A stretch of DNA of 64,000 nt, from positions 2,458,158 to 2,522,157 of the forward strand of contig MU058781.1 of NCBI GenBank assembly GCA_013265495.1. The letters are read 5' to 3'. The DNA comes from Vicugna vicugna. Its lineage: Eukaryota. The notes beneath the pieces are model-generated. The model ran no database searches. It worked only from the letters and a program-made list of their open reading frames with translations, and was not told the DNA's origin. A program made the position numbers and the translations under genes. Shown here piece by piece: positions 36,583-51,778 of this stretch (position 1 is the first letter of the stretch; every line of letters starts with the position of its first letter).

Positions 36583-39500
36583 TTTAGAATCTCACTGTGA
36601 CAGCTGGAATATCGTGTTTGTCTCACTTTCCCTGTGACCCACTGCTTTGCCTTCTGGCAGACCTAGCTCACAAAGTTAGCTCTGACAAGGGGAGGGAGGA
36701 AGTCAGACCGGCTCATCACTCATGCTCCGTATGCCATCATGTTAGGACTTTTCACTAAACATGTTGCCACTTTTTAGTCTTCCTTAGAAAATGTAAAATG
36801 TTTGTCTTGTGCTTGGTAATTAAGTCAATAATGAAAGATTTACATGTGAAGAATCTGGAATTATTTGTTTATTTTGCTTCCATGGCAGTTTTAAAATATC
36901 ATTTTACTTTACTTTATTTGTGGGGCTTTCCGCAGAGGTTGGTATGCTCCTGTGGACGTGCGGAGCCACAGGATAAACATATGTAACTTTCTGGAATATG
37001 AATTTCACTTGGGGGAATGTAAGTAAACACACGTGTGTGTATTCCTGTGTTAAAGTATTATCAAGTATAAAAAATACAATACAGGGCTCTGTTGTGCATA
37101 GGACACTGGCTTAGATTCAAATCAGGCATCAAAGGGTGTGCTCCCGTAAGGAGGTGGGTTTCCACCTCTCTGATGCCAGGGGATCTTCCGTGGAGAGGTG
37201 TGAGAAGAACTGGTGTGTTAGCTGGGACGTGAATTTCGGGGGCATAATTGCGACCGACAGATGGGCGCTCTGTGCAGTTCGGGAGAGTGGGGTTTGCTGA
37301 GTGTCTTCACCCTTGGCCACAGAAGCCAGGTCGAACCTTTGTCTTTGGTGCCTGTCGGCACCGTGTGGGTGCGTAGAGTAGAACACTGACATTTCCTTTG
37401 TGAGGCCGAGTACGAATTTCTGAAGAGCATGAGAAGAGCACCTGGTGTTGAGAAGAAAGGCTTTATGTGTTGTCCTAGGTTCCCTGGAGAAGGCTCGGCC
37501 ACTCCGTGGCAAACTCCAGGGTGGGAGTCCCACACGTGGTCGTGACGAATGTGACAGCGAGACAGCTCCATCCTCCCCAGCCGTCGCTCCCCCCGACCAC
37601 CGCCGTCCCAGGTCTTTGCTGGGACGCTTGGGTAGCGTGTAATGGAGGAACTGGGGACTTGCAGGGGTTCCATGTCTGACCTTTTAAGGTGAAGGGCTGT
37701 TTTTGTATTATTCCAGTCATCATTGTGAATGCATTTCAAAGCTTTGGGGAAAAAAAGAAAATAGGTGTTTTCATTGTATTTGGGCCTAGGGTTTCAAAGA
37801 CTCACTGACTTTAAGATTGGAAATTAGTGTGGAAAATACTAAGGATTAGCCTTTTGCAAAGCATATTTTGAGAATTTGGTGTGGCTGCTTTTCATTTTTA
37901 TTGGTTGAGTGTGTTTGGCTCTGAACGCATTGCAAGAGAGGAGAGCTTTTTTCCCCTCAGAGAGCCAGCTTTATTATGACGTGAGAAGTAACACTCAGGA
38001 GGGTGATCAGAGCATAGCCGAGATCCACACATGGGGTCTGTGGCTGCCCATGGCCTCAGAAGATGGGGTCCAAAGTCGGGAATTGAGCCAGGACACTGTC
38101 CTCACCGCCTTCTCATTCTCCTGTGTATCTCATGATTGGTCATTTCTGTTTCAGGAGCTCAGCCTGCAAACCCAGTGTTTCTTTGTTGCTCTTCTTTCTG
38201 GAAAGTGTCTCTTTGCCCTCCCCACCTCCCCATTTCCACTCTGTGTGGGAGGTGTCTCTACTAAGGAAGATTTCAGTACTTCTTTGAGTTTTCCCCTTTC
38301 CTCTTCTCCCCCCGCCGCGCCCCCCCCCACTCTACAGTGGCCTTCCATGGCTTGTGTCTGCAGCTGCCTTGTGCTTTTGACACTGCATCATAATTATTCT
38401 GCAGGTCTGTCATCTTAGCTGGTTATAAATTATATGTCAAAGGGACTGTTTTAGTCTTCTATCTGTGCTCAACAAAATAACATTTGTGTTAGCTTTTTAG
38501 CAGACTAGAGGGTTAAAGATGATTTGCACTCATGAAATTTATGTTTTTTTGGAACCTCAAGTAGCAAATGATTCTTAACGATATTTGGTAGCCCCTGATA
38601 AAGAAGCCTATTCTAGTATAAAATTTGAATCTCCTTGAACGATAACCCAAGTAGTTATTAACTTTTATGTGAGGTTTCACAATAGGATTCCTAGAGTTTA
38701 ACCCTTTGGTACATTTAATTAACGTAACGGTAAAGAGTTTGGCTTTAGGCTGTCCTGGGCTAGCTTGTGTGGCCTTGGGCAAGCGGTGAATGTTGGTTTC
38801 CTCCTCTGTGAGCTAGAGATGTGTGAAGATTAGCTGATACGGCAAGTGTAAGCATTTGGCACAGTGCCTGACGCTGGGTAAACACCCAATCCAGAGAGCT
38901 GTTTGTCACTTTCTGTAAGGAACTGGTTTATGTCAAACTCTTGAGTTGCACATACTTTGCAAACAGAGGGAACCAAGGAATACCTACATGAACCCTTTAA
39001 TTCCGCTTTGATAAACTGCATAGAGGAAGATACACTTGTGTTCAGCATTGACCACTGATGTGCCTCCTCCTTGTCCTGACTCCTCAAGGCTTCGGATTTG
39101 GAAAAGAGGTCAGTGCAGACAACTATGTGGAAAGGAAATTCTTACCCAGTGCGCGGCTACTTTGGTTTGCTTTCTAACCTTGCCTCATTTTTCGACAGCA
39201 TTGAATGAAGTAAAATACGTCATTTGTTCTGGCTGCACCTAGTTCTCAGGAAACTGATGGTAAGGTCTTCTATTTTATTGTAAGTGAACTGCTGTCAAAA
39301 CTCCTGACAGCAGTGTCTCGTGGGATAGAAGTGAAATGCACGAGCCATCCTCAGAGATCTAGGATTCTCGGATGGTACCATCTCGCCATCCCCGGCGCCC
39401 CTCCTGTGTGAGACCATGGACACCCGGCAGGGTTTGCAGGACTCGTCTGATTAATGTGAATGTTTTCATCAGCGCATGAGCCCACTCCAGTGATGGTTTT

Positions 39501-42500
39501 ATAAAATCGTATGTTTTCTTGTTATGTGAGCATCATCTTGTTGAGCTTATCTGTAGAATAGGTTTAATTTTGATGATTTTCAGAGGGAATTCCAGCTGCT
39601 TATGCATTGTTTTTCACATTTGAATGTTAGGTCAGCAGTTCTGTGCTGACAGCCTTAAGATTTGAGAGGTCAGAAAATCTGTGTAGGGAAAACAACCCCA
39701 TGGCTTACAAAAAATAAATTCTGTAAATGACTGTAGCTAGAAAGGAAATGAATAATAACTTAAAATATAGTTTTTATGATACAGGTGAAAAAGCAGTTGA
39801 AGTTGTTAGGAATTACCCTGTAAGTAGCTGGTATTATTTAGTTTGACTAGGGTAAAAATAGAGTAGACTTAATATAGCAAGCCTTCCATTTTTTTTTTTC
39901 CAGATAGTTATTTTTCAGCTCATACTGAGAACTTGATGTTTTTTGAGTGCTTATTGACAATAACCAAATGCTTTTTTCTTTTTAAAAGTAAATAAAAATG
40001 TAATAATACGATTAATTAGAGTAATGATTTTATTTTAGAACATCTTTGCAGAAGATGTGTTCTGATGAGGTATAATTTTATAGAACAGAAAAATACATAA
40101 TGTGCATGAAACTTCTTATCACATACACACATTTTTAAAGGTCCACATTTTAGAATGCAATTTAATTTGAAGAAGTCTGTGCTAAAGTTGATTCCTGCGT
40201 TATCTGAAAAAATATTTTGTAAATAAAGTGCCTTATTTTTTCATTTACATGTTTAATTCTTATAAAACATTCTTTGAAAAACAGTATTTTTTACATACTA
40301 ATAATTTGCCAATTACAAATGATGCTAAGGTATTCTTATAAAGCACTTGATGTTTCTAATACTGTTTTGCTATTATTCACTGTTGCACAAAAACTTACCA
40401 CCAAATAGGTCCTTTCTTCCCTGCTCAAGTACTCAGATCATTCTTCCAGAAGGAAGTTCTTTTTGAGCATTAGGCTTAAAGCTTATACTTGGTGCAACAT
40501 TGCATTAATTGTGACCTTTTACAAATAACTTTAAAATGAAGGATTTTTAGAAGATTCTTAGGAATTTTCTGTGGTGAGTTTTGTTCCAGAAAATATTGTA
40601 AGGCTGTGCTGCCGTGAAAAAGTATTCAAAAAATATAGTGATCACAGAATAGTTGGCTACTTGTAATGAACTAGAATAGCAGTCAGGACGTGTGAAATGG
40701 AACCATAGTGGTCTAGGAGTTACATCCATTTAATAGGTACACAACTTGATTGTTAGGATACTTAGGTGTTTATGTGCATATAGTATTTCTGTGTGCCTGT
40801 ATGATTAGAGTGAATTTACTGAGACATTTGTATTTTGTATTTTGAAGTAAGCTTATTTATATGTGCTTATCTTCCAACTCTTTCAGATTCTCCGGTGAAG
40901 AAAGATACAGTCAGCATTTAGCTGCTTAATATTATAGTATCCACGTAGAAATGGATTCAGCATACAATTGGGGCAGAATTTGATAGTTTAATGATAAGTA
41001 AGATGAACTGGGCTTCTGCACATGGACCTGGAAGGTGAATCAGTAATGCCAGGCCGTTCTCTCTCCCACTGTTAGCTTTTCAGATGCGTCTTCAAGAGAA
41101 TTATCCAAGTTTTGCAGCTGGGAAGGTGGACCTTTGAGGTATTTAGTTCATGGTCCTCATTTTACAAGTGAGAAAGTTGGGCAGAGAAGTGTCAGTGACT
41201 TGATCTTGATCAGCTTACTTGTGCCTTGTTTGAGACGGCATTTGTGGAGTAGTCTTTAGAAGTTTTTTTTATCCTATTGTGTCTCATAGTTACGGTTTAT
41301 TGTGGGCCGGCAGCAGGAGGAAGGTTGCAATAGGTCATTTTTGTGATGAGAAGAGCTAGCCTGTCCACACGTGTGGGTATCAGGCTCTATTCAAAGTGCT
41401 TTTGACATGTCTGCTCCTTTAATTCTTACAACCATGTGAGATGTATGGACGTGGCAGTGAGGCCCAGAGACGCTGCTGGCTGCCCAGGGCCCCGTGGCCA
41501 GGCGGTTCTAGTTCCTCTACTCTGGACTCTTGTGCTTAGACTTGAGAGTAGAAAGAGCTTCCCTGGTCAAAGTAAGAGCTGGGAAGTGCTCTCCACCACA
41601 GCTACAAACTAAGGCTTGTCAGGCATAGCACGGAGAGCCAGCGTTGGAGAGCCGGCGTTACTCGGGGTCAGAGCCGGAAGCACCTTCCCCTGCCCTGCAG
41701 TCTTTAATTGTTGGGAATCCATTTGAGAGTTGTGGCTGCATACCATAGTCCAGGCTGGACTTTCCATCACAAACAGTCAAGGGAACTTCCAAGTTCTTCA
41801 AGAGAAAAAGAAGAGTTGCTCCATCAAAGATGTTTGCTTACATGATTTGCTTAGTGAAATGTAGTTGAAAGTAAAGATGTCTTGCTTAAGGTGGAGAGTG
41901 GCAGTATTTAAACGGGGGTCTCAGCCTGAAGGTTGAAATTTCAGACATAAAGGCTTAGAAACTATTTTTGGGAAAACTAATGAAAACATTAAAATTATAA
42001 AAGTGTACTATTCTAGGCGGACCTGTATCCAGATCAGAGGTGGGTAAAGGGCAAATGAAGAACCACTTTTAGGAGTAGGAGATCAAAGTTCGGAGATTTT
42101 ATTAGTCTTTCATTTTAATAGTGAACGATAAATGTTGTTACCCTCTTTCTAACAGTTTTTAATATCATATGCCCTCAAACACATGAAAAAGATGTAAAGG
42201 CAATATAAAACAACACATTGATGACTTCGAGTAATATGGTACATGCAGTATGCAGTTCTCAGAAGGAAAACAGAGCAAAAAAATTAAAATCTGAGCTGGG
42301 TAAAAGCAATGCAAAAACTACTTCTTGGAGGAGTTAACTTTGTTCTCCATGGAAACCTGAAGGAGGCGGCATTTTGAAATGCGTTTTTAAAGAAAAGGAT
42401 AGATTGACAGAGAAAATAAGTTGTTTTGAGACTTTTGCAGAAGGAAAGAGAAGAAAGATCACACAGAAGTGGTTGTTGGTCTAGTTTGCCTGATTAGAGC

Positions 42501-42664
42501 AGATTTCTCAATGACCTTGAAGGGAGGAGAGGAGAGAAAACTTTTTAGTTTTGATATGTGTAGTTAATTGTAAAATTGCCAAGTTGAGTTCTATTTACAG
42601 AAGATATGTCAGAGGCTAGGGACTTAATTTTATGATACTTTGAAATTAAAAAACAGCCTTCCCA

Positions 42665-42935
42665 CAGAAGATCTTTAGCGCAGCGAAACTATTCTGTATG
42701 ACGCTGTGATGGTGGATACGTGCTGTTCAACATTTGTCCAAACCCAGAGTGAACCTTTGTGTCAGCTCTGGACTGTGGATGAGGGTGGTGGTGGGTTCGT
42801 CATCTGTAGCCCACGTACCGCCCTGGTGTGTGTCGGGGGCAGGGGACACATGGAGATCTCTGTACATTCTGCTCAGTGTTGCTGTGAACCTAAAACTGCT
42901 CCAAAAAATAAAGTGTATTTAAAAACAAAAACAAA
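42665..42935 (+). mobile_element. LINE-1 3' end (L1MB/MC-like)
   Basis: gaaactattctgtatgac...gctgtgaacctaaaactgctccaaaaaataaag tail. Confidence 0.8.
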
Positions 42936-43202
42936 AACATCTCCACCTAGGCCAGTATTTGTTGATATCCAGGAAATAGGATGGTAGGTTAAAAGAATAA
43001 GTCTCTCTCTCTTTCTGTCTTATTTCAGAAAATTATCTTCTCACACATGACCAGAACAGCAAAAGTGTAATACATGATGTTGAGCAAATAACTTGAATTT
43101 AGTTTCTTCAGTGAGAAGAAAGCACGGGAGCAGGCAGGGTTAGGGGCAGGGTGATGTTGATCCATAATTTCCTTTTTAGCTTTAAATAGCTGTTATTCCA
43201 GG

Positions 43203-43394
43203 CAGGGGTCCACAGGCTACAGTCCAGGGGTCAAATCCAGACTTCCACCTGTGTTTGTAAACGTAGTGATTTACTGGAGCAGACCCATGCCTGTTCATCT
43301 CCACGTAATCTGACTGCCTTCACGCCACAGCAGCAGAGGCGGGGGGTTGCAAATGGCTCCCAAGGCCTTTACAGAAAAAGTCTGCTGACCCCTG
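43203..43394. mobile_element. MER58-like hAT-Charlie MITE
   Basis: TIRs caggggtc.../...gacccctg; tttacagaaaaagtctgctgacccctg end. Confidence 0.8.
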
Positions 43395-44804
43395 TTGAGG
43401 AAATAGAGGAGTAGATTACTTATTTATAAGCCCCTTTATGTTTAGGAATAAGTCAGAACACTCTTTCTGTAGAGGACTGCTGCCTGGGTACATGAGGGTC
43501 TTTGGGAAGAAGTCCCTTTGCTTGTAGTTCTAAGGTGAAGGTGGGGCCTTCGAGGTTGAGTTGGTCTTGCGGAAAAAATTCAGCTGTTTTTGATGTTCTG
43601 ATGCTAGGATAGTGGCGCTCCACCCTAACGGCCTGGGTCGTCAGGGAGCCAACTGTTCTGTCACAGCACTGTCCTTTTTCTGATTGTCTTGTCCCCATTA
43701 GTCACCTCTATATTTAACTCACGGTAGTGGAAAAATATCTACTACTGTAAGCAGTGATTTCCAGTGCTGTGCATCTTGTAAAGGATTGTTCTGCAGAGAA
43801 ACAGGAGTGCCTTCTGAAAAGGGGGGCTGTAAAAGGCAGTCCTGCCACATGGGGGCGGTGTGCCGGGAACGGGGCCTCCGGAACGGGACAGGTAATCCGT
43901 CCAGTGATTAACTGCGTCGACACGTTAGGCATCACTCTTGAATGTGATTAAATATCTGGTACGTCCGAATTCTCAATATTATCTCCAACACCTTCTTTCA
44001 TCTCCAAGCAGGTCTTTATTTCTGGTGGTTTGGGGGAAGTGGGATGAGAGTGAGTAGAGGAAATGACAATTTTTGTGTTCTGGTTTCATTTTGCTTTATT
44101 TTGCTCAAGTTTAACTACTCTGTGTTAACGACAGGCTCGGCTGAGTTCATAATAACTATTTGAGTAGTTTGGGAAATGCTTTTGAAAGCACTGTTAATTC
44201 TCCGCAGACACATTGGAACATTAGCCTCTTTGGTACATGCTGGTATTAGTACATGGCTCAGAAAAGGAGTGAGAATCAGGAGCTCTTAACCCGTTGCCTT
44301 TCTAAGTGAAAGGAAGAGGGCTGTAGGGTGGCACAGTGACTCAGGCCTCAGCCTGGAGTTCTGTAGGCCCTGCTGTGATGTGTCGGACACACTGTGGAGT
44401 TCAACAGCTCTGCTCCTGTTTCCCAGGACATTTATAGTGGAAGACGTACAAAGACCATAATGGCTTACGCATGCAAGTTCAGACAGCTGTGCAAACATTT
44501 GATGAGTGAGCGTATAAGTAATATTCAATTAACATCCATAAGCAGATGTGGGACTGTGTGACAGAGGGGCTCAATGCATTATTTGGCCTTTTAGCTGTAG
44601 ATAGTTTTTAAGTTCATGTTATGTTTTGATGGAATTAGTGCCACACGAGTGATGAGTTACACGCCTAGCATTCACACGAACATCTTGGACGAGAGGGTTC
44701 GCATTAAGTTTGTATTTGGTGATGTGGCCTTTCATGGCAGGAGTGCCTTTGTCAGTCTTCAGACAGTAGTGTGTAGTTCCTCAGTCAAACCCCTGTACAA
44801 TGTA

Positions 44805-47800
44805 TCTTTTTTTTTACAGCTTTGTTAAGATCTAATTTACATGCAGTAAAACTCACCCATTGTAAGTGTACAGTTCAATGATATTTGGTAAATGTATAGA
44901 GTTGTGTAACCTTTACACAATTTAAAACAATCCGGTTTTAAAGCATGTCCATCCTACCTCGGAAGTTTCCCTGAGCTGTTAGTCATCAATCCTCACTCCC
45001 ATTCCTAGCCCCAGGCAGCTCCTGGTCTGCTCTCTGGCGTGTTATGTTTGCCTTTTCTGGACATTTAATACAATGGGATCGTATAATTAGTAGACTTTTA
45101 TGTCTAGCTTCTTTCAGTTTGCCTGTGTTTGAGATTCATCTGCATTGTGGCATGTGTCTGTTTTTTTGTTGCCTTTTATTGCTAAGTAATGTTCTGTTGT
45201 ATGACCCATGTCACGTTTGATTTATCCATTCACCAGTTGGTGGACACACTTGGATGGCTTTTAGTTTCTGGCTATTATGAATAATGTTGCTGTAAGCAGT
45301 CATGTCCAAGTCTGCAGTTAGCTGGTGTTTCTGTTAATGCCGCTTGGGTCAAGTTGGTGGTTAACATTGTTTTACCTGATAAAATTAATCTCTGATTCTA
45401 GCTCTTTTAGCATTACTGTTTGCATAATGTATCTTTCTCTGTCCTTTTACTTCAAACCTTTGGTTTTTTTGTACCTAAGATAATGTCTCTGTGGGCAGCA
45501 TGTTGTTGGAATTGCTTTTTTAAACAGTCTGATGATTTATCTTCTGAATGTGGTGTTTATTCCATTCACATTAATGTAACTATTGTTGTTGGATTTTTGT
45601 CTGCCATTTTGTTACTTTTCTATTTGCCTCATACTTTTGTTTTTCTCTATTTCAATAACTTCTTTTGTGTTAAATATTTTTTAGTGTACAATTTTGATTT
45701 CCCTGTTGCTTTTATTGTTTTTACTATGTTTTTGAGTCATTTTCTTAGTGGTTGTTTTAAAGAATATAATATGCTTCTTAATGTATTACTGTCTACTTGA
45801 GAATAATGCTAACAACTCTGCTAATTTTGTTCCAGTTTGTCTCTTTCTTTCCCTTTATGCTATCATTGTCATATATATTTGATCCCAATATGTTATAAAC
45901 CCAGCTATATAGTGTTAAATTATGGTTTTATATTATCTTATGCTTTTTAAAGAATTTAAAAGAAGAAATGAGAAAGAATTTGAGAAATGAGGAAAAAATA
46001 TTAATAGTCTTATATTTATCATGCTGGCAATCTTCATTTCTTCTTGTAAATTTGAGTTATTGTTTGTGTCACTTCCATTCGACCCGAGGGACTTCATATA
46101 GCATTTTTGCTGTAGGCAGATCTTCTAGCAATAATTTATCTTTTTGAAAAATCATGGGGTATCTCTTCTCTCTTTCAGTTTTGAAGAGTGGTTTTATGGT
46201 TATAGAGTTTTTGGCTGGGTGCTCCCCCTGCCTCCCCCAGCACTGTGGACATCCCACTGCCTTCTGTCCTCCATTGTTTCTGATGAGAAGTCAGGTGTTT
46301 ATCGTGTTGGTTTTCTCTGCATGATGAATTATTTTTGCTTGCTGTTTTTGAGTTTTTCTCTTTTGTTTTTGGCTTTCAGCAGCTTGTATACTGTGTGTTT
46401 AGGGGTGAATCTCTTTGTGTTTATCCTATTTGGAGTTTTTGACTTCTTAGATGTGGAGATTAGTGGGGTTTTTTTTTAATCAAATTTGGGAAGTTTTAGG
46501 CCATTATTTCTTCAAATATTTTCCATCCTTTTCTCTTCTCCCATTACAAATATGTTGGGAAACTCAGTGTTGCTTCACAGGTCTCTGAGGCTCTGTTCAT
46601 TTTTCCTTGATCTTTTTCTCTGTTCCTCAGATTGGTTAATTTCCTTTGTGCCATCAACTGTACTGACTTTTTTCTTGTGCCATCTCAAATTTACTGTTGA
46701 ACCCCTCTAGTAAAACTTTCATTTCATTTATTGTACTTTTCAACTCTACAATTTCCATTTGGTTTTCTCTCTCTCTCTTTTTTTTTTTTTACAGTTTATG
46801 TCTGTTTTGAGATTCTCTATTCGTTGTTATTATCATACTTTAAGTCTTCAAACATGGTTTACTTCATTTCTTTGAATGTATATATTCATATAATAGCGAC
46901 TCTGAAGTCTTGGCCTGTTAAATCCAACATTTGGGAATACTAGGGACAGTTTATTGACTGCCTTTTTTTTTCCCCCTGAGTATGGGTCATGCTTTCTTGT
47001 TTCTTTTCATATCTCCAAGTTTTTTGTTGAATATCTTACATTTCACATGATAGATTGTAGCAGCTCTGGATTCTGATTCTTGTCTGCTCATTATTTCTGT
47101 GGTTTTTTGTTTAGTGACTTCCCTGGAATCAGTCTGTGAAGGCTGTCTCTCCCATATCATGTGGTTGCTGATGTCTCTGTTCAGCTTGATTTTTGTTTAC
47201 TTGTTTTCTTGTTTTGACTTTTCAGCCTAGCTTCCCAGGGTCACCCTGGTGGCAGCATAGTCTTGTGTTCATTCAAAGACTGACAGAGGCTGACGTGGAA
47301 TCAGTAAAGCCTTCGCTCTCTGTGGGTGGAACGTGTGTGGGCTGGGAGCACATTCACGTTCCAGGTGGTTGTCGTGTCTGCCCCGGCTTTTACTTACCAG
47401 CCGGACCTCCTAGCGTCTTTGTGTGTGTAGGTGCGGGCTGTGTGGGTGGCAGGAGTCCGCTCTGGCATCTGCAGTGTGTGCGCAGAATCTCTGGTCAGCC
47501 TAGGACATCTGTGGAGAGTGTTATCACGTGCGCTGTGGGTGTCGCCTCCTGGATCCCCCCTTTGAGACCTGCTGGTCTCTTGCTTGACATACCGTGACCT
47601 CAGCCTCAGGTTCACAGAGCCTTTGGCCTTTGTGTTCTCTTGCTAATGAGATCGCCTCCTTAGCTGAATGTGCCCTGTACCTAGCGAGGTGAGCTGGTGA
47701 TGGCAGTGAAGCTGGGTGGAACCCTTGCGCTGACGGAGCTGAGGGTGAGAGGACGGGAACATCCCAGAGCAGAAGGGCCGGGGCTTGTGCTGTGCTGGTC

Positions 47801-47940
47801 TTACCCTGAAGCTCCCTGCTTTTCACGAAGAAGCGTTTCTGTGTGTGTATGGCTTCATTGACATCCAGAGTGCTGACCTGATTGTTTTGAGTTTTGTCTT
47901 GATTTAAAGGTTGTGTTTTAGGGAGGGGATTTATTGACCT
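44805..47940 (-). mobile_element. Old LINE-1 remnants (antisense, 3' end through ORF1/5' region)
   Basis: taagtgtacagttcaatga.., tccattgtttctgatgagaagtcag.. and tttgggaagttttaggccattatttcttcaaatatt motifs. Confidence 0.75.
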
Positions 47941-50900
47941 CATTTTGTCATCACTGCACTTCCTCTGACGGTGTGCAGAGGGTCCTCATGTGGCAGGCTC
48001 CACCTGGGGCCCTGTGGACATCATGTCCCACATGTATTTTAACAAGCTGCTACCTGACTGCTCATAGAGACCCAACAAGTTGGCTGAAAATCTGGTTGCT
48101 TTTTAAAAGATAGAACAGATGAGATGACTGTGTTTTTAGGATACTATTGAAGCCGTTATTAGTATTTTAAATCTATGCGACTCATATAAATATTAGCCCA
48201 CTGATAACTTTTGCTTCTATCAGTAAATGTGTGGTTTAGTGGGGAAAGAAAAAAAAGCAAGGGCTTTTGAGTCTGGGGATGTGGAATCAGGATTGAATCC
48301 TGAGTCTACAACTTACGAGGTGTGTGATTTATAGAATGTTACTTGACCCCTCTGAGCCTCTGAACCTTAAGTTGTGGGTAATAATACCCACCTGATGAGT
48401 TATTGTGAAGATTAAATATAATAACACAGATCTGGCACATAGTAGGTATTCAGTAAATGTTAGTGTACCCACCCAACACGTTTGTGGTTGGGAAAGTAGT
48501 TTTGGTAAGTTTTTATCAGATTATCTGCTGCTTGCTTTATTTGGCTTTGCATCTTAAGTTTTCCACTCCTTTTATTGAATGATTTTGGTATTTATATGGT
48601 AATTGAAGCATACAATATATTTTTCTCGAGTACCTTTAGTTGAATGCTCTTTCCAGATATCCAAATGTTCCCAGTATTTCATAGTGATTTCCTTTCTAAA
48701 ATCTAAATTTTATGTGTTCGTAAGTGACCATGAAACTTTCTACAGCCTCTTTGTAGTGAATGAGCGCATATGTATGTGAGATTGTCTTGCAGGGAGGTCT
48801 GTAAAATGAAAGCAGATCATTATCTAGACATTCTCAGAACATGGTTGGAAGGGGCAAAACGGTCTCTAGTATAGATTATCACTTTTGCAGAGAAATTTTC
48901 TTGGATCTTGCTGGACCAGAGCTCACTCTGTTCAACCTCAGAGGCTCTGTCCTATGATATTTTCACTAATATGGAGGAAGTGGTGATGACTTTGGTCCTA
49001 TGTTATTTTCCTATGATATTTTCGTTAATACGAAGACAGTGGTGACTTTCGTGACATCAGGTTTTAGTATTGTCTTTGGTTTTGGGAAGGATGTGATTGG
49101 ACTGTGGTATATCCAGATCCTCTTAATAGTAGCCGTACTTCCATATAATGCATAGAACTGAGAAGTTAACAATTCCTCCTGCTTAGCATTTGACTTAACT
49201 CTGGCAGAGTACTTTATGCCAGAGTGTTTTGTGATGCTTTTTCTTAATTTAAAAAAAATTAGATTTCTAGACACTGCTTCTTCTCAGAAGCCTTTAATTA
49301 TCTTCTGAAGAATGTGTTTCTTGTGAATAATGTGTTTATCAAGAGTAAAATAAACTACTTGAAAATAAAGCTGTAAGTTCTGCAATATTGACACTGCAGA
49401 ATTTAGAAATGCAGGAAATCAGGATTCCGAACTCCTTCACTGTGAGGCGAAAGCAGGAAGTTGCTGGTTCCGGAGTAGACAGGGTCAGTCAGACGCTTCA
49501 CAGGCCGTCCCCTGGCCCTTACAGATGCAGCCCATGCTGCCTGGAGTGAGGTCTGATTTAACAACTCACACATGCCTGTGACGTACGTGATACAGCCAAG
49601 TTCTCTAGTTAAATAATGGATTTTGTTAACATTAAGTGGTCCTTTAGCACTTGCATTTGTGGCAGGAGTAAAGGACAGAGCTATATATACATGTAGCTTC
49701 TATTAAACACTGACACAAATGTGTCTCTTGCAACAGGTCTATAACGGGTTCATAAATATGATTACTTCTTTCGCTTCAGGCTTTACAAACCATATTTTTG
49801 GCAGCAGTATCTCTAATAAAAAATTTTAGAAGAGTTTTATTAAATGAAGTAAAGTTTTAGACTTTCTGTTCTTTGTAGATTGTATATTTTGTTCCATATG
49901 CCCAGCAAACATTTGATGAGTAAGTGTGCAAGGCCCTGTGCCCACTGAGCGCTGTGGAGGAACCCACAGGGACCCCAGCCTGAAGTCCAGCCCCTACGGC
50001 CCTGTGGCTCAGGAGGAGCGGCAAGACGAGCCCCCAGCTGGGACAAGTGCGAAGTGGTCGGTGCCCTGGGGCCCCTGGAGCTTCAGGGGAGACTGGGAAG
50101 GGAGGTGGTGCTCTCCGGTTCAGTGGGGAAGCTACCCCTGAACCCCAGGGGTTCTCTTTGCTTCCTGTGTCCGTGTTGAACTAATTCACCAAGCCCCATG
50201 GTAGTGCATAAAACCTATGTTTTTTTTTTTTTTTTCTGATTTCCTTTCACTGTGGGAGCCTGAAAGGGAGGAAAGAGGGAATCAGTGGTGAGAGACTTGG
50301 TTAAAGAGAGCGGCTTGGTGTTTGGTGTGGTTTCTCCACATGACGGTTGGGCCGGGCTGCTTGTGGCATCTGACCTGACTTGTCACTGGAAAAGCCCTGT
50401 AAGTGCAGGATCTTGACGAAAATATCCTGGAAAAACAACTCAAGTGAGCACGGGGGCTGGACACATGTTAGATTTGGGGAAAATACCGTTTGTGTGAATC
50501 AAGCCTTTGGTACCAAATGTATGAAGAACTACTGACACCTCATGGATGTGGATATTATTATTTTTAGTTACATACAGCGTGTGTGAGTATCTAGCAGAGT
50601 CTGTCTGGGTGTGACCCGTATCTGGCCTTGGCTTAGATTGATCTGTGGGTTTAATCGGTGACAGTGAAAGCTGATCAGTATATTCCCAAGTTATTTGAAA
50701 AAATAAAATAAATCATAGTGTTTCTGTTCAGTGGAATAACAGCTTAATCTTTCCGAAAGTATCCAGATTAATTCTACAGAATTCTGCCTATAGGATTTAC
50801 TGAAAGTGGAGACAATGTAGTATTTAAAAAATGCCTTATCTTTTTCAAATGTATGTGCATTACTGTTTTAGGAAAGAATTGCAATCGTATAATTTCAGTG

Positions 50901-51778
50901 AAAAATTGCATAGAGTACATTTCACGTTTCACGTATCCCTTGCTCTGTGGACCTGTGTGTTTATCAGCAAAGTTGGTGTTAAAATCCGTTTCCAAAGTGA
51001 ATCTTATTTTCTAACATTTACACTTTTGGAATTATACACACATGAAAGCATTTGCACAAACAGGCAAGGCTCTTTTAAAAATGATGTTGGGATTAACCAA
51101 GTAGGTGCTTTGGAAGGAAGGTACTGAAATTTCACCCTGCAAGTCGACATGAATTTTAAAGAGTGGACACATAGAAAATCAAAATATTAAAAAAAAAGTA
51201 AGAAATGTAAAACATATCAGACTCTGGGGAGATTACATTCTCAGGTTTGGAGAATTAGAATTGAAATAAAAGGCACGGCAAAAACAGAAGTATAAAATAT
51301 TTATCTCAGAGCTGACAGACAAAATTAATATTGAAGGTAGCTTATTTCAACATATAAGAAAATATGATAGTTAAATGGGCAAAGGAAACTAGAAATGATA
51401 AAGTTATAACTGGAAAAATTACTCTCAGTAATAAAAAGTGAAAATGGGATAGAGATCATTTTTATTTACCAATGAATTTGGTATTAAAAAACCCTCAACA
51501 CCCAGGTCTCCTGAGGTTGTGGGGAGCGGGTGTAATCGTTTGTTGTTGATGACGTGGTGCAGCTTTAAAGGGGTATAAACCTGAGTGTAAACCCCTTTAA
51601 ATAAACCCCTTTCCCCAGGTTTTCTACCACTTGAAATTTATCCCAAAGAAATAATTTGTCAGAGGCACAGATACTTGCTTCTGAGAGATAGTCCCTTGGT
51701 GTTATCTTTCATGGCAAAGTGGTGGAAGTGACTTGTGTGCCCTTTAACGTGGAGTCATGAGGTGAGCCTGTGCACTGG

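Noticed and set aside
37129..37739. 134-173 aa antisense ORFs, possible retrocopy or LINE fragment
   Set aside because: No recognisable protein or repeat motif, poly-A or TSD.
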